A DNA stretch of 64,000 bases. It comes from Clostridia bacterium (GTDB lineage Bacteria > Bacillota > Clostridia > RUG12999). Positions 49,417 to 60,179 of the stretch are shown piece after piece. The stretch lies in contig JAAWTG010000004.1 in assembly GCA_022801925.1 (NCBI GenBank), positions 19,590-83,589 of the forward strand. Reading direction: 5' to 3'. The position numbers and the translations under genes were made by a program. Numbering within the stretch: the first letter of the stretch is position 1; every line of letters begins with the position of its first letter. The notes under the pieces were generated by a model. It saw nothing but the letters and a program-made list of their open reading frames with translations. It ran no database searches and was not told the DNA's origin.

Positions 49417-51120
49417 ATGCTGGCGAATTTAAGTATTCAAAACATTGCCGTCATTGAATCGGTTCAGGTGGAATTTTATGATGGATTTCATGTCCTGACA
49501 GGAGAAACCGGCGCGGGAAAATCCATTCTGATTGATTCCATTGCCATGGTGCTCGGGCAGCGGACACAAAAAGAGTTGATTCGTACCGGCGCCAACAAAG
49601 CAAAGGTCAGCGCGTTGTTCTATGTGTCGGAGGAAGTGTGGAAGCTGCTGGAAGAGCATGGCATAGAGCGCACAGAGGACGGGTCACTGTTGGTGGAACG
49701 GGAATTGGCAGACAATGGTCGCAGCACCTGTAAAATAAACGGTTCTCTGTCCAGCGTCACCATTTTAAAAGAAATTGGAAAGTATTTGATACATATTCAC
49801 GGGCAGCAGGATACCACGTTGCTCTACAGTGCAGAAAAACATATTGATTTGCTGGACGCTTGGGCGGGCGGCGTGCTGAAAACATGTAGCGAAGCGTATC
49901 ATGAGCAATATATAGAATATGGCGCGTTGCGGCACCAATTGGAAAGCCTGCAAATGGACGAAAGCAAACGGGCGCGGGAAATCGATGTGCTGGAGTTTCA
50001 GGTGCAGGAGATTGAGGCGGCAAACTTGTTGCCGGAGGAAGAAAAAGAACTGGAAGAACGCAGAAATATTTTGGAAAATGCGGAAAAAGTCAATGAAGTA
50101 TTGGCATTAACCTATCAGATATTATATGAGCAGGAATCCAGCGCCGCGGAACTGATTGGCGCAGGCAGTGCGCAATTGCAGACAATTGCGGGAATCGGAG
50201 AAGATTTTGCAGAGATATCCGGTCGTTTGGAAGATGTGAAATATAGCTTGGAGGACGTTACCGGCAGTATTGCCGCTTGTTTGGAAGATGTGGACTACAG
50301 CGGTCAGGAACTGGACAGGATTCATGACCGTCTGGACGCCATTCGTACATTGAAACGGAAATATGGACAGAGTATCGAAGAAATATTGCAGTTTCGGGAC
50401 GAAGCGGCGCAGCGGCTGGAAGTGCTGCGCGGCAGTGAGCAGCAGTGCGGGCAGTTGGAACAGCAGCTTTCCCAGACGCGGCAAAAGCTGAAGCAAAACG
50501 CCGCAGAATTATCCCGGCAGCGCCGGAAAGCGGCGGCAAAGCTGGAAAAAGAAATTGAAACGCAGCTTGCGGAACTGCAAATGAAAGGCTGCAAGTTTAA
50601 AGTTGATATACAGGAGACGGAAGGATTCACGGCGAAAGGAACCGACAAGATTGAGTTTTTAATTGCGCCTAATGTTGGAGAAGAACTGCGGGCGTTATCG
50701 AAAATTGCTTCGGGCGGCGAACTCTCCCGTATCATGCTGGCAATCAAATGTATTATGGCAAAAGCGGACAGCAACGAGACCTATGTGTTTGATGAAATTG
50801 ATACCGGAATCAGCGGACAGGCTGCAGAAAAAGTGGCGCAGAAATTGGAAAAGGTGTCTTTGCAAAAACAGACCATTATCATCACGCACAGCGGGACGAT
50901 TGCGGCAATGGCGGATCACCACTATCTGATTGAAAAAAAAGTCAGCGGCGGCAGAACCATGACAGGTTTGCAGATGCTGGACAAAGAAGGGCGTATTCGT
51001 GAGATTGCACGGCTTGGTTCCGGCGGTCAGATTACAGAAACCGCCTGCCGTCACGCAGAAGAATTGCTTTCTTTGGCAGCGGAGACAAAAGCTGGACTGG
51101 TGCGCGCGGAAAAAGCATGA
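49417..51120 (+). CDS. recN: DNA repair protein RecN
   Basis: LTGETGAGKS, IHGQ, coiled coil, ASGGELSRIMLA, FDEIDTGISG. Confidence 0.96.
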   Translation: MLANLSIQNIAVIESVQVEFYDGFHVLTGETGAGKSILIDSIAMVLGQRTQKELIRTGANKAKVSALFYVSEEVWKLLEEHGIERTEDGSLLVERELADNGRSTCKINGSLSSVTILKEIGKYLIHIHGQQDTTLLYSAEKHIDLLDAWAGGVLKTCSEAYHEQYIEYGALRHQLESLQMDESKRAREIDVLEFQVQEIEAANLLPEEEKELEERRNILENAEKVNEVLALTYQILYEQESSAAELIGAGSAQLQTIAGIGEDFAEISGRLEDVKYSLEDVTGSIAACLEDVDYSGQELDRIHDRLDAIRTLKRKYGQSIEEILQFRDEAAQRLEVLRGSEQQCGQLEQQLSQTRQKLKQNAAELSRQRRKAAAKLEKEIETQLAELQMKGCKFKVDIQETEGFTAKGTDKIEFLIAPNVGEELRALSKIASGGELSRIMLAIKCIMAKADSNETYVFDEIDTGISGQAAEKVAQKLEKVSLQKQTIIITHSGTIAAMADHHYLIEKKVSGGRTMTGLQMLDKEGRIREIARLGSGGQITETACRHAEELLSLAAETKAGLVRAEKA

Positions 51121-51269
51121 AAAACGCGAAAAAAAGCAAAAAACAGTGTAAGGTAAAGCAAGAAACGTTCTTTTTTTATGCAGCGCGTTGTAGTATAATA
51201 GGAGGTACATAGATGTTTGATTTGCGTGTCAGGCATCTATGTATTTTGATGTTTATGGGAGGAACCCGT

Positions 51270-51935
51270 GTGGAATTTGCAAACCGAACCATTGTGGTTG
51301 GTCATTACGGCAGTGGGAAAACGGAGTTTGCTTTGAATGCAGCATTACGTCTGCGGGAGGAAGGTAAACCTGTGACCATTGTCGATTTAGATACTGTCAA
51401 TCCGTATTTCAGGACAAACGACGTCAGAAAAAAGCTGGAGACGTTGGGAATCAGTGTGATTGCGCCGATTTATGCAAATACCAATCTGGATTTGCCGGCG
51501 TTGCCGCCGGAGGTATACGCTGCGTTTGAAAGGAAAGAAGACTACGTGATTTTTGACGTAGGCGGTGATGATGAAGGCGCAACAGCGCTGGGGCAATATA
51601 AACCAAGATTTGACGGAGCACCCTACGAAATGCTGGCGGTTGTCAACGCAAAGCGTCCGCTGACAAGGACAGCGGAGGAAATGGCGGACAGTGTGCGGCT
51701 GATAGAGCAGACGTCGCGGCTTAACGTGAGCGCGCTGGTCAACAACACGAATTTGTCCTATGCGACGCAGCCGGAGGACGTGCTGGAAAGCGTCGGTGAA
51801 GTGGAACGTGCGGCAAAAATGCTGAACATTCCCGTGAAATGTACGGCAGTGCGGCGGGACTTGGCGCAGGCGGTGCGGCGGGATGATGTGTTTGCCTTGG
51901 ATTTACAGTTGGAACTGCCGGGCGGCAGGGGATAG
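51270..51935 (+). CDS. P-loop ATP-binding protein upstream of the oxidoreductase operon
   Basis: GHYGSGKTE, DLDTVNPYFR, DVGGDD.GA. Start is either GTG 51270 or ATG 51213; both have an RBS. Confidence 0.8.
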   Translation: MEFANRTIVVGHYGSGKTEFALNAALRLREEGKPVTIVDLDTVNPYFRTNDVRKKLETLGISVIAPIYANTNLDLPALPPEVYAAFERKEDYVIFDVGGDDEGATALGQYKPRFDGAPYEMLAVVNAKRPLTRTAEEMADSVRLIEQTSRLNVSALVNNTNLSYATQPEDVLESVGEVERAAKMLNIPVKCTAVRRDLAQAVRRDDVFALDLQLELPGGRG

Positions 51936-52006
51936 GGAATTGCATAGGGCGTTTTTCCTATGCCGATATAAAAGAAAAGGGAATTTCATGGTGGAGGTGA
52001 AAAGAG

Positions 52007-52210
52007 ATGGCGAAGATTACCATCAATTTGGAAGCTTGCAAAGGGTGTGGCTTGTGTACAACGGTCTGCCCGCTGAATCTGCTTTCCATGGCGGAAAAAA
52101 TGAATAAAAAAGGCTTCCGCCCCGCACAGATTCTGGAAATGGAAAAATGCGTGGGATGTGCGTCCTGTGCAACGATTTGTCCGGACTGTGTCATTGAAGT
52201 GGAAAAATAA
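52007..52210 (+). CDS. 2[4Fe-4S] ferredoxin (delta subunit)
   Basis: Two CxxCxxCxxxCP motifs. Confidence 0.93.
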   Translation: MAKITINLEACKGCGLCTTVCPLNLLSMAEKMNKKGFRPAQILEMEKCVGCASCATICPDCVIEVEK

Positions 52211-52247
52211 AACGAAAAGAACAGAAATAGATTGGAGCGTGAAAGCA

Positions 52248-53315
52248 GTGTCAGAAAAAGTGTTAATGAAAGGAAATGAGGCGCTGGCAGAAGCGGCGAT
52301 TCGCGCGGGCTGCCGGCTGTTTTTCGGTTATCCGATTACGCCGCAGACGGAGGTCTCGGCATATATGTCCAAACGGATGCCGCAGGTGGACGGTTTGTTT
52401 TTGCAGGCGGAAAGTGAAGTTGCAGCAATCAATATGGTCTATGGCGCGGCGGGCGCGGGTGCGCGCGTGATGACATCGTCCTCCAGTCCAGGAATCAGTT
52501 TGAAGCAGGAGGGAATTTCCTATATTGCAGCGTCTGATTTGCCTTGCTTGGTCGTGAATATTGTCCGCGGTGGTCCGGGACTAGGCGGTATCCAGCCGGC
52601 GCAGTCGGACTATTTTCAGGCAGTGAAAGGCGGCGGTCATGGCGATTACCATTTGGTGGTACTTGCGCCGGCGTCCGTGCAGGAATTGGTGGATTTGACG
52701 GCGGAAGCCTTTGATATCGGCGATATGTACCGCGTGCCTGTGATGATTATGGGCGACGGTATGCTGGGACAGATGATGGAACCCATTACGTTCGGCGAAC
52801 CGAAAAAACGGAACTTGCCGGAAAAAACGTGGGCAACGACTGGAACCGCAATGCAGCGCAAAAAGAATGTTGTCAATTCTTTGTATTTAACGCCGGAGGA
52901 ATTGGAAGAACTCAATAATGAGCGTGCGAAACGCTATGCGGCGATAGAAGAAAATGAAGTGAAAGTGGAATTGCAGCAAGTAGAGGATGCAGATTTGGTG
53001 CTGGTGGCATATGGCGTAACCGCCCGTATTGCCAAGACAGCAGCCGCAATTGCACGGGAAAAAGGTATGAAAGTCGGTCTTATCCGTCCTATCACCCTAT
53101 GGCCTTTCCCTAAAAAAGAAATTGCAAATGCTGCAAAAACAGCAAAATGTTTCCTGACGGTGGAAATGAGTCAGGGACAAATGGTAGAAGATGTACGGCT
53201 GGCGGTAAACGGCACCAAACCGGTTCATTTTTATGGACGCAACGGCGGTATCGTTCCTACGCCGGATGAAATTGTGAAAGAAATGGAGAAATTGCTGGGA
53301 GGTGCGAGCGAATGA
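52248..53315 (+). CDS. vorB: 2-oxoacid:ferredoxin oxidoreductase alpha-type subunit (Vor family)
   Basis: MKGNEA, GYPITPQ, QAESEVAA, TSSSSPG, RGGPGLG; GTG start. Confidence 0.88.
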   Translation: MSEKVLMKGNEALAEAAIRAGCRLFFGYPITPQTEVSAYMSKRMPQVDGLFLQAESEVAAINMVYGAAGAGARVMTSSSSPGISLKQEGISYIAASDLPCLVVNIVRGGPGLGGIQPAQSDYFQAVKGGGHGDYHLVVLAPASVQELVDLTAEAFDIGDMYRVPVMIMGDGMLGQMMEPITFGEPKKRNLPEKTWATTGTAMQRKKNVVNSLYLTPEELEELNNERAKRYAAIEENEVKVELQQVEDADLVLVAYGVTARIAKTAAAIAREKGMKVGLIRPITLWPFPKKEIANAAKTAKCFLTVEMSQGQMVEDVRLAVNGTKPVHFYGRNGGIVPTPDEIVKEMEKLLGGASE

Positions 53316-54049
53316 AAAAAGTATTTGAACGTCCTCACGCACTGTCCGATGTAACGCTGCACTATTGCCCGGGCTGTACCCATGGGATTGTGCACCGTTT
53401 GGTGGCAGAGGTCATTGACGAACTTGGCATTGAAGGAAACACGGTGGGGATTGCGTCTGTCGGATGCAGCGTGTTTTCCTATAACTATTTTGAATGCGAC
53501 ATGCAGGAAGCGGCACACGGACGTGCGCCCGCAGTGGCGACAGGCGTGAAACGCGCATTAAAGGATAAAATCGTGTTCACCTATCAGGGGGACGGCGACC
53601 TTGCGGCAATTGGAACGGCGGAAACCGTTCATGCGGCAACACGCGGCGAAAACATTACCGTGATTTTTATTAACAATACGACCTATGGTATGACAGGCGG
53701 GCAAATGGCGCCGACCACTTTGGTGGGACAGGTGACGCAAACCACGCCGTATGGCAGAAAAACAGAAACGCAGGGATATCCCATCAATATGTCGGAAATG
53801 TTGGCGACATTGGAAGGAACCGCATATATTGAACGCGTAGCGGCGGATAGCGTACAGCATATCCGTGCGGCAAAAAAAGCAATTAAAAAAGCGTTTGAAA
53901 CGCAAATCGCAGGCAAGGGATTTTCTATGGTGGAAGTGTTGTCTACGTGTCCGACCAACTGGGGATTGTCTCCGGCGGAAAGTATGCAATGGCTGCGCGA
54001 TAACATGATACCGCAGTATCCGCTGGGCGTATTCAAGGAGAAAGAGTAA
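53312..54049 (+). CDS. 2-oxoacid:ferredoxin oxidoreductase TPP-binding beta subunit
   Basis: YCPGCTHG, HGRA, QGDGD...NN..YGMTGGQ, CPTNW. Confidence 0.92.
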   Translation: MKKVFERPHALSDVTLHYCPGCTHGIVHRLVAEVIDELGIEGNTVGIASVGCSVFSYNYFECDMQEAAHGRAPAVATGVKRALKDKIVFTYQGDGDLAAIGTAETVHAATRGENITVIFINNTTYGMTGGQMAPTTLVGQVTQTTPYGRKTETQGYPINMSEMLATLEGTAYIERVAADSVQHIRAAKKAIKKAFETQIAGKGFSMVEVLSTCPTNWGLSPAESMQWLRDNMIPQYPLGVFKEKE

Positions 54050-54062
54050 GGAGGAGAGAACA

Positions 54063-54602
54063 GTGGGGATGACGCAAATTATTTTGGCTGGATTCGGCGG
54101 ACAGGGCATTTTGTTTGCAGGGAAACAGCTTGCATATGCAGGAATGCTGACAGGTAAAGAGGTCTCCTGGCTCCCGTCCTATGGCCCTGAAATGCGCGGC
54201 GGAACAGCAAACTGCCACGTGATTTTGTCTGACCAGGAAATCGCAGCGCCGATGATTCAATCGCCGGATGTGTTGATTGCACTCAATCAGCCGTCTTTGG
54301 AGAAATTTGAAAAAGCAGTGAAAGCGGGCGGGAAAATCTTTTATGACAGTTCCATGATTGACCGTGCGCCGGAAAACAACGAAGCGCATGTTTTTGCTGT
54401 TCCGGCAACAACAATCGCGGCGTCTTTGGGCGCAAATAATCTGGCGAATATTGTTATGCTGGGAAAAGTGCTAAAGGAATCGGAAGTGCTGACCATGGAC
54501 GAAATCCGTATGGCAATGGAAAAAACCATTTCCGCCAGAAAACAAAATTTGCTGGATTTGAACATGAAATGCTTGCAGGCAGGATTTGAATATCAGGCTT
54601 AA
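54063..54602 (+). CDS. 2-oxoacid:ferredoxin oxidoreductase gamma subunit
   Basis: GFGGQG, PSYGPEMRGG, NIVMLG. Confidence 0.92.
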   Translation: MGMTQIILAGFGGQGILFAGKQLAYAGMLTGKEVSWLPSYGPEMRGGTANCHVILSDQEIAAPMIQSPDVLIALNQPSLEKFEKAVKAGGKIFYDSSMIDRAPENNEAHVFAVPATTIAASLGANNLANIVMLGKVLKESEVLTMDEIRMAMEKTISARKQNLLDLNMKCLQAGFEYQA

Positions 54603-54614
54603 CAATGAAATCAG

Positions 54615-54656
54615 AAAAAGCTTGGGATAGCCCACTGGGAATGCCAAGCTTTTTTT
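54615..54656 (+). terminator. Intrinsic terminator
   Basis: aaaaagcttgg...ccaagcttttttt. Confidence 0.75.
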
Positions 54657-54718
54657 GATATATACCGACGGATAATTGGCGGCGGTATGGCGTAATTGGG
54701 ATATGGGAGGTTGTTACT

Positions 54719-55393
54719 GTGGATATGCTGCATTTATCGGAAGAACAACAAAACAGATTGCTTGATGAAATAGAGGAACATGGCGATTTGACCGAAGCAG
54801 ATAGAAAGATTCTGAAAGTTCTGTCAAAAAGTGAATTTAGCGATATTAAAATTGGTATTGCTCAAATGTTAGTAAATGATGAAACGCCGGAAAGCACTGC
54901 TGTTTTATTGTCTATGATAGAGGATGAGGACGACTTAGTCCGTGTAAACGCGATTGATTCTCTATGCGGCTGTCAGGATACCAACGTGATGAAAAGGTTG
55001 ATGGACATTGCGCAAAAAGATACGAATCATCTGGTGCGCGAATATGCGATTTTATCCACGGTAGATATTGCGAAAAACAGGAAAGAATGCGGTAATACCG
55101 ACATAGTTCCTTTTTTGCAGCAGATATTGAAAAGAGAGTCTGATAGCGGTATTCGTTTGGCATGTTATAGAGGGCTATATCTTTTTGGAGACAAACGTTA
55201 TTTGTCACAATTGGAACAGGGGCTTTTGGAGGAAGATTACCAAAACCGCTGCGCCGCGGTTCATATTTTATCCGAAATAGCAGATGGTAAAAATGTTGAA
55301 CAGATAAGAAATATTTTGGTGAATACACGAAAGAAGGAAAAAATCTATGCAGTTACTGATGCCATTGACCGCGCGCTGTCAGAGATGCAGTAA
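54719..55393 (+). CDS. HEAT-repeat protein
   Basis: Repeated L.D....VR..A...L units (DEDDLVRVNAIDSL, DTNHLVREYAILS, EDYQNRCAAVHIL); GGGAGG RBS. Confidence 0.8.
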   Translation: MDMLHLSEEQQNRLLDEIEEHGDLTEADRKILKVLSKSEFSDIKIGIAQMLVNDETPESTAVLLSMIEDEDDLVRVNAIDSLCGCQDTNVMKRLMDIAQKDTNHLVREYAILSTVDIAKNRKECGNTDIVPFLQQILKRESDSGIRLACYRGLYLFGDKRYLSQLEQGLLEEDYQNRCAAVHILSEIADGKNVEQIRNILVNTRKKEKIYAVTDAIDRALSEMQ

Positions 55394-55515
55394 AAAATGC
55401 AGTTTACTCCAATAAGAAGATTATCTTCCTGCAAGGCGCGTGAAATGATGAAAACGTACTGAGAGAAAATTAGCAGTCGGGGCGCTTAACTTTTGGTTGC
55501 CTAATATATAAAATG

Positions 55516-55556
55516 AAAGGACGCAGAACAAATTCCATACAGTTCTGCGTCCTTTT
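55516..55556. terminator. Terminator-like hairpin between convergent genes
   Basis: aaaggacgcagaac...gttctgcgtccttt, 14-bp stem. Confidence 0.75.
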
Positions 55557-55569
55557 GATATTTTTGGTT

Positions 55570-55847
55570 TAGGCATAAGGGAGTCGAATCTTATACGCCA
55601 TGCAGGGAAAATTTTTCGTAAATGCGCGCCCGCGAACCGCTTTCCATACGTCCAGTATGCAAAGGAACCTTTTCCTTGCCTTACAAAAAATTTTTTCCTG
55701 CATGGTTCTGTGAAGTCCCTAGGAGCAGATTTTTCTGTATGCAAGGAAAAAATACGCAGGAATACTGGCGTATTTCAAGTGTTTTTGACACAGCATACGG
55801 AAAAATCTGCCCTAGAGACCGCATAAGATTTGACTTTTGTTTGCCTA
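55570..55847. mobile_element. MITE-like two-armed palindromic element B (278 bp)
   Basis: Imperfect 25-bp TIR taggca...agtcgaatcttat / ataagatttgact...tgccta with TA ends; arm 1 ccatgcagg..gtaa / ttac..cctgcatgg; arm 2 ctagg(a)gcagattttt..tatgc / gcata..aaaaatctgccctag. Confidence 0.68.
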
Positions 55848-57017
55848 TTTGGAGAGTTCGGAAATGGCGCGCTGCAATTGAATATCTTCTTCCTGTGGAA
55901 TGTCCGCCGGATTGGTTCCTTTCAGATATTCCGGCGTAGGGACTTCAATGTCGGGCGCAATGCCGAGATGATGAATATTATTGCCGTTCGGGGTGAGATA
56001 GCCGGAAGTTGTCAGATATAAGGCGGTTTCGCCCTCTTTTGTTTCGTCAAAGGGGATAATACTTTGTACAATGCCTTTTCCGTAGGTTTTTTCGCCAATC
56101 AAAACAGCGCGTCCATGGTCGTGCAACGCACCGGAGAGTACCTCAGAAGCGCTGGCGCTGCTGCCGTTGATGAGCACAGCCAATGGGATATCATAATAGT
56201 TTGCGTCAGATTTATATTCTGTTTTGCTGCCGTCCTTGTATTCAAAAGAAGTGATAATGCCTTCCGGCAGCAAATAATCGGCAATTTCCTTGGTGGAGGA
56301 AAAAGCACCGCCGGGATTGTACCGCAAATCAATGACCAATCCTTTGAGACTATCTTTGCCAAGTGCGTCTACAGCGCTTTTAAATTCTTGGTCTGTTTTT
56401 AGTTCAAAATTGGTGATTTGAATATAACCAATTTGGTTGGGTAACATTTTGTGTTTCACTGTATGATTCACAATTTTGGCGCGCGTAATATTGTATACCA
56501 CGGCGTCCTGTTGCCCTGCCGGACGAATCAATAGCTTAATATTTTCACCGATACTGCTTTCATCGCCGCGCATGAGTTTGACGGCGTCTTGATAATTGTC
56601 GCCGGAAACCGCCATATCGTTAATCGATAAGATTTTGTCGTTTGGTTTTAGCCCTGCCTGTGCGGCAGGAGAGCCTTCCACGGGTGCAACAACCGTCAGC
56701 AGATTGTCGGTCGGGTCAACGGATACCGTTGCGCCGATGCCGGTAAATTCACTGTTTAAATCGTTTTGCAGTTCTGTGTAATTTTCCGCACCCATGTAGT
56801 AGCTGTAAGGGTCGCCCAATGCCGCAACCATGCCGGCAACCGCGCCTTCATATAATTTTTCTTCATCAATTTCACCATAATAGTTTTTTTGGATGGTGTT
56901 ATACGCCTTTTGTACCATGCCGGGCGGCGTTTGATTTACTTCAAAAAACGCAGTGGAGAGCAGCAGCGTACAGAAAAAGGTAACAATGACTGCGAAAACT
57001 GTTTTGTTGTTTTTCAA
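55845..57017 (-). CDS. ctpA: S41 C-terminal processing peptidase with PDZ domain
   Basis: LGDPYS, GIGA (PDZ), DLRYNPGG, SASASE, TYGKG; probable TTG start at 57017. Confidence 0.9.
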   Translation of the reverse strand: MKNNKTVFAVIVTFFCTLLLSTAFFEVNQTPPGMVQKAYNTIQKNYYGEIDEEKLYEGAVAGMVAALGDPYSYYMGAENYTELQNDLNSEFTGIGATVSVDPTDNLLTVVAPVEGSPAAQAGLKPNDKILSINDMAVSGDNYQDAVKLMRGDESSIGENIKLLIRPAGQQDAVVYNITRAKIVNHTVKHKMLPNQIGYIQITNFELKTDQEFKSAVDALGKDSLKGLVIDLRYNPGGAFSSTKEIADYLLPEGIITSFEYKDGSKTEYKSDANYYDIPLAVLINGSSASASEVLSGALHDHGRAVLIGEKTYGKGIVQSIIPFDETKEGETALYLTTSGYLTPNGNNIHHLGIAPDIEVPTPEYLKGTNPADIPQEEDIQLQRAISELSK

Positions 57018-57222
57018 GAAGAACTCATCCCTTTCACAAAAGTCTGAAAAGGGAATGACCCTGCGGACCATTCCCAATATCAATGCAATTTTATAAGCAT
57101 GGAAAAATCAAAGTTTATATGATTTTGTGCTTTCTGTGCTTATCAAAATAGGAACCGCTGCATGAAAAATGCAGCCGGATTCGGAGATAGAATACCTATG
57201 CCGCATTTTCCCATATGTTTTT

Positions 57223-58599
<1,377 letters not shown>

Positions 58600-58608
58600 C
58601 GGCTGGGT

Positions 58609-58812
58609 TTATTGTTTGCTTAAATAATCGTTAATTTTGCTTACCAGTTCATCTGCATTTGCGCCGTGCACCATACAAGCCTGTTCAATAGATTCGCCGC
58701 TTGCAGAAGGGCAACCTAAACAATGCATACCGATTTCCAGAAAAAACTGAGCTGTGCCTGCGTCCAAACGAAGTGCGTCAGCAATGATTGTATCTTTTGT
58801 AACCTGAGCCAT
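58609..58812 (-). CDS. DUF1858 / hybrid-cluster-associated redox disulfide protein
   Basis: GMHCLGCPSA.GESIEQAC.VHG. Confidence 0.88.
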   Translation of the reverse strand: MAQVTKDTIIADALRLDAGTAQFFLEIGMHCLGCPSASGESIEQACMVHGANADELVSKINDYLSKQ

Positions 58813-59016
58813 AACAAAATACCTCCATGAAGTTCCCGAGCGCCTTTTTCAGATAAAACGCAACGGTCATTTTTAGTGCCTGTTCAGACACCCTATTTAT
58901 TATACAACAATTACCTGCCAAAATGCAAATTTTTTTTAGAAATTAGTTGATTTTTATAAATTTGTATGAATATAGATGGAATAAATAGACGAAACCATGA
59001 AAGAGGGCGGGAAAAC

Positions 59017-59799
59017 ATGAATACACTGTTGTTGGATTTAAGTAGGGAACAGAATAAATGGCACAGGCGTCGGGAAGTATCGCAGCTGGAACTGGATGGA
59101 CAGCGGCAGGTGGTGCGTCTTGGTATACCAGATGACCGTTGGCAAAAACAGACAGATAAAAAGTTGGTTCGTCAAATTGGAAAACTGGCGCGCCGCTGTG
59201 GGGCGCAATACGCAGTTTTGGGCGATGCGCTAATGGGCAGCGGGAAAGGCGGAAAAGCATTGCAGGAAAGCGGATTGACGTTTTGCGATGGAACACCGCT
59301 GCATATGCCGCTCTATCCGGTAGCAGTGCATAAACTGGCGAAAGAGTCAGGGGTGAATCTGATGGAGTCGCCGGTTACCATAACGGGCGATATCAACGAG
59401 ATAGTCGGATTTATTTGGCAGATGAAGGATGAGGTGAAATATTTTGCTGTAGCAGGCGGGGCGGAATATGCCGATTTGATTACCTATCTATATGACGAAT
59501 ATGGAATCAGTGTCCGGCTGGTGGAGGAAGCGCACAGCGGTATTTGTGTGGCGGCGGGCGGACAGAAAGAGCGGCTGGAAGGAAATCTGGTGCTTGATTT
59601 TAGCGGAACAAACGAAAAAGCAATCCGTGTCAGTTTGGATATGGGGCAGTGGAGCCAGAGATTGGGTGAAATGACAAAAGGTAGTAACTTAGGCGCGGCT
59701 GAAGCGCTGCTGCGTATGCTGGGAGAACAACCGGCTGAAGCGCTGCCGCGGTATTGTAAAGGCATTTCGCTGTTGCGGGAGAAACCTGTCCGATTATGA
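59017..59799 (+). CDS. Hypothetical protein
   Basis: 260-codon ORF with an RBS-like element; no family recognised with confidence. Confidence 0.65.
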   Translation: MNTLLLDLSREQNKWHRRREVSQLELDGQRQVVRLGIPDDRWQKQTDKKLVRQIGKLARRCGAQYAVLGDALMGSGKGGKALQESGLTFCDGTPLHMPLYPVAVHKLAKESGVNLMESPVTITGDINEIVGFIWQMKDEVKYFAVAGGAEYADLITYLYDEYGISVRLVEEAHSGICVAAGGQKERLEGNLVLDFSGTNEKAIRVSLDMGQWSQRLGEMTKGSNLGAAEALLRMLGEQPAEALPRYCKGISLLREKPVRL

Positions 59800-59812
59800 C
59801 GGAAAAAACCGA

Positions 59813-59842
59813 TTGACGGATACTTCCATGTTATGGTATAAT
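59813..59842 (+). promoter_or_regulatory. Sigma-A promoter
   Basis: TTGACG-18 nt-TATAAT with TG extension. Confidence 0.7.
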
Positions 59843-59850
59843 ATATTTCC

Positions 59851-60025
59851 AAGAAGGGATTTTCTCCGGCTTACGCCGTCGATTCATCCCCCCTTGGGAA
59901 TTCCCCCTGCCGCCGTCCTTCGCTCTCGCAGCGTGTCTCATACTTCGACACTTGGACGGCGAGAGGTATAAAAACTTCGGTACACGTCCGAAGTTTTTAT
60001 GAACGGAAAGTTTGGGACTCCCTTC
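59851..60025. ncRNA. Candidate structured RNA or palindromic repeat of unknown family
   Basis: Closing stem gaaggga/tcccttc; cggc-ttac-gccg; cgccgtcc/ggacggcg enclosing two short hairpins; perfect 13-bp hairpin 59968-60000. Confidence 0.45.
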
Positions 60026-60179
60026 ATTTTTCTGCATTTTTGACGAAAAAAGTATAGTTATTATAGTGGTATAGGTGCAGAGCATTATCCTCAAGCGTAA
60101 GGACATACAATGTTTTCAATGCCGGAAGAACCGGCTGCATATAGACAATAAGATAAAATACAAGAAGGGGTGCGACAAA

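Noticed and set aside
55421-55939. ORFs 55421..55744 and 55622..55939, and the short ORFs across 46082..46486
   Set aside because: They run through the palindromic elements and show no transposase or other motif.
59851-60025. Naming the structured segment 6S RNA, SRP RNA or a hammerhead ribozyme
   Set aside because: No SRP GGAA-loop motif, no CUGANGA/GAAA hammerhead core, and only a vague 6S resemblance; left unassigned.
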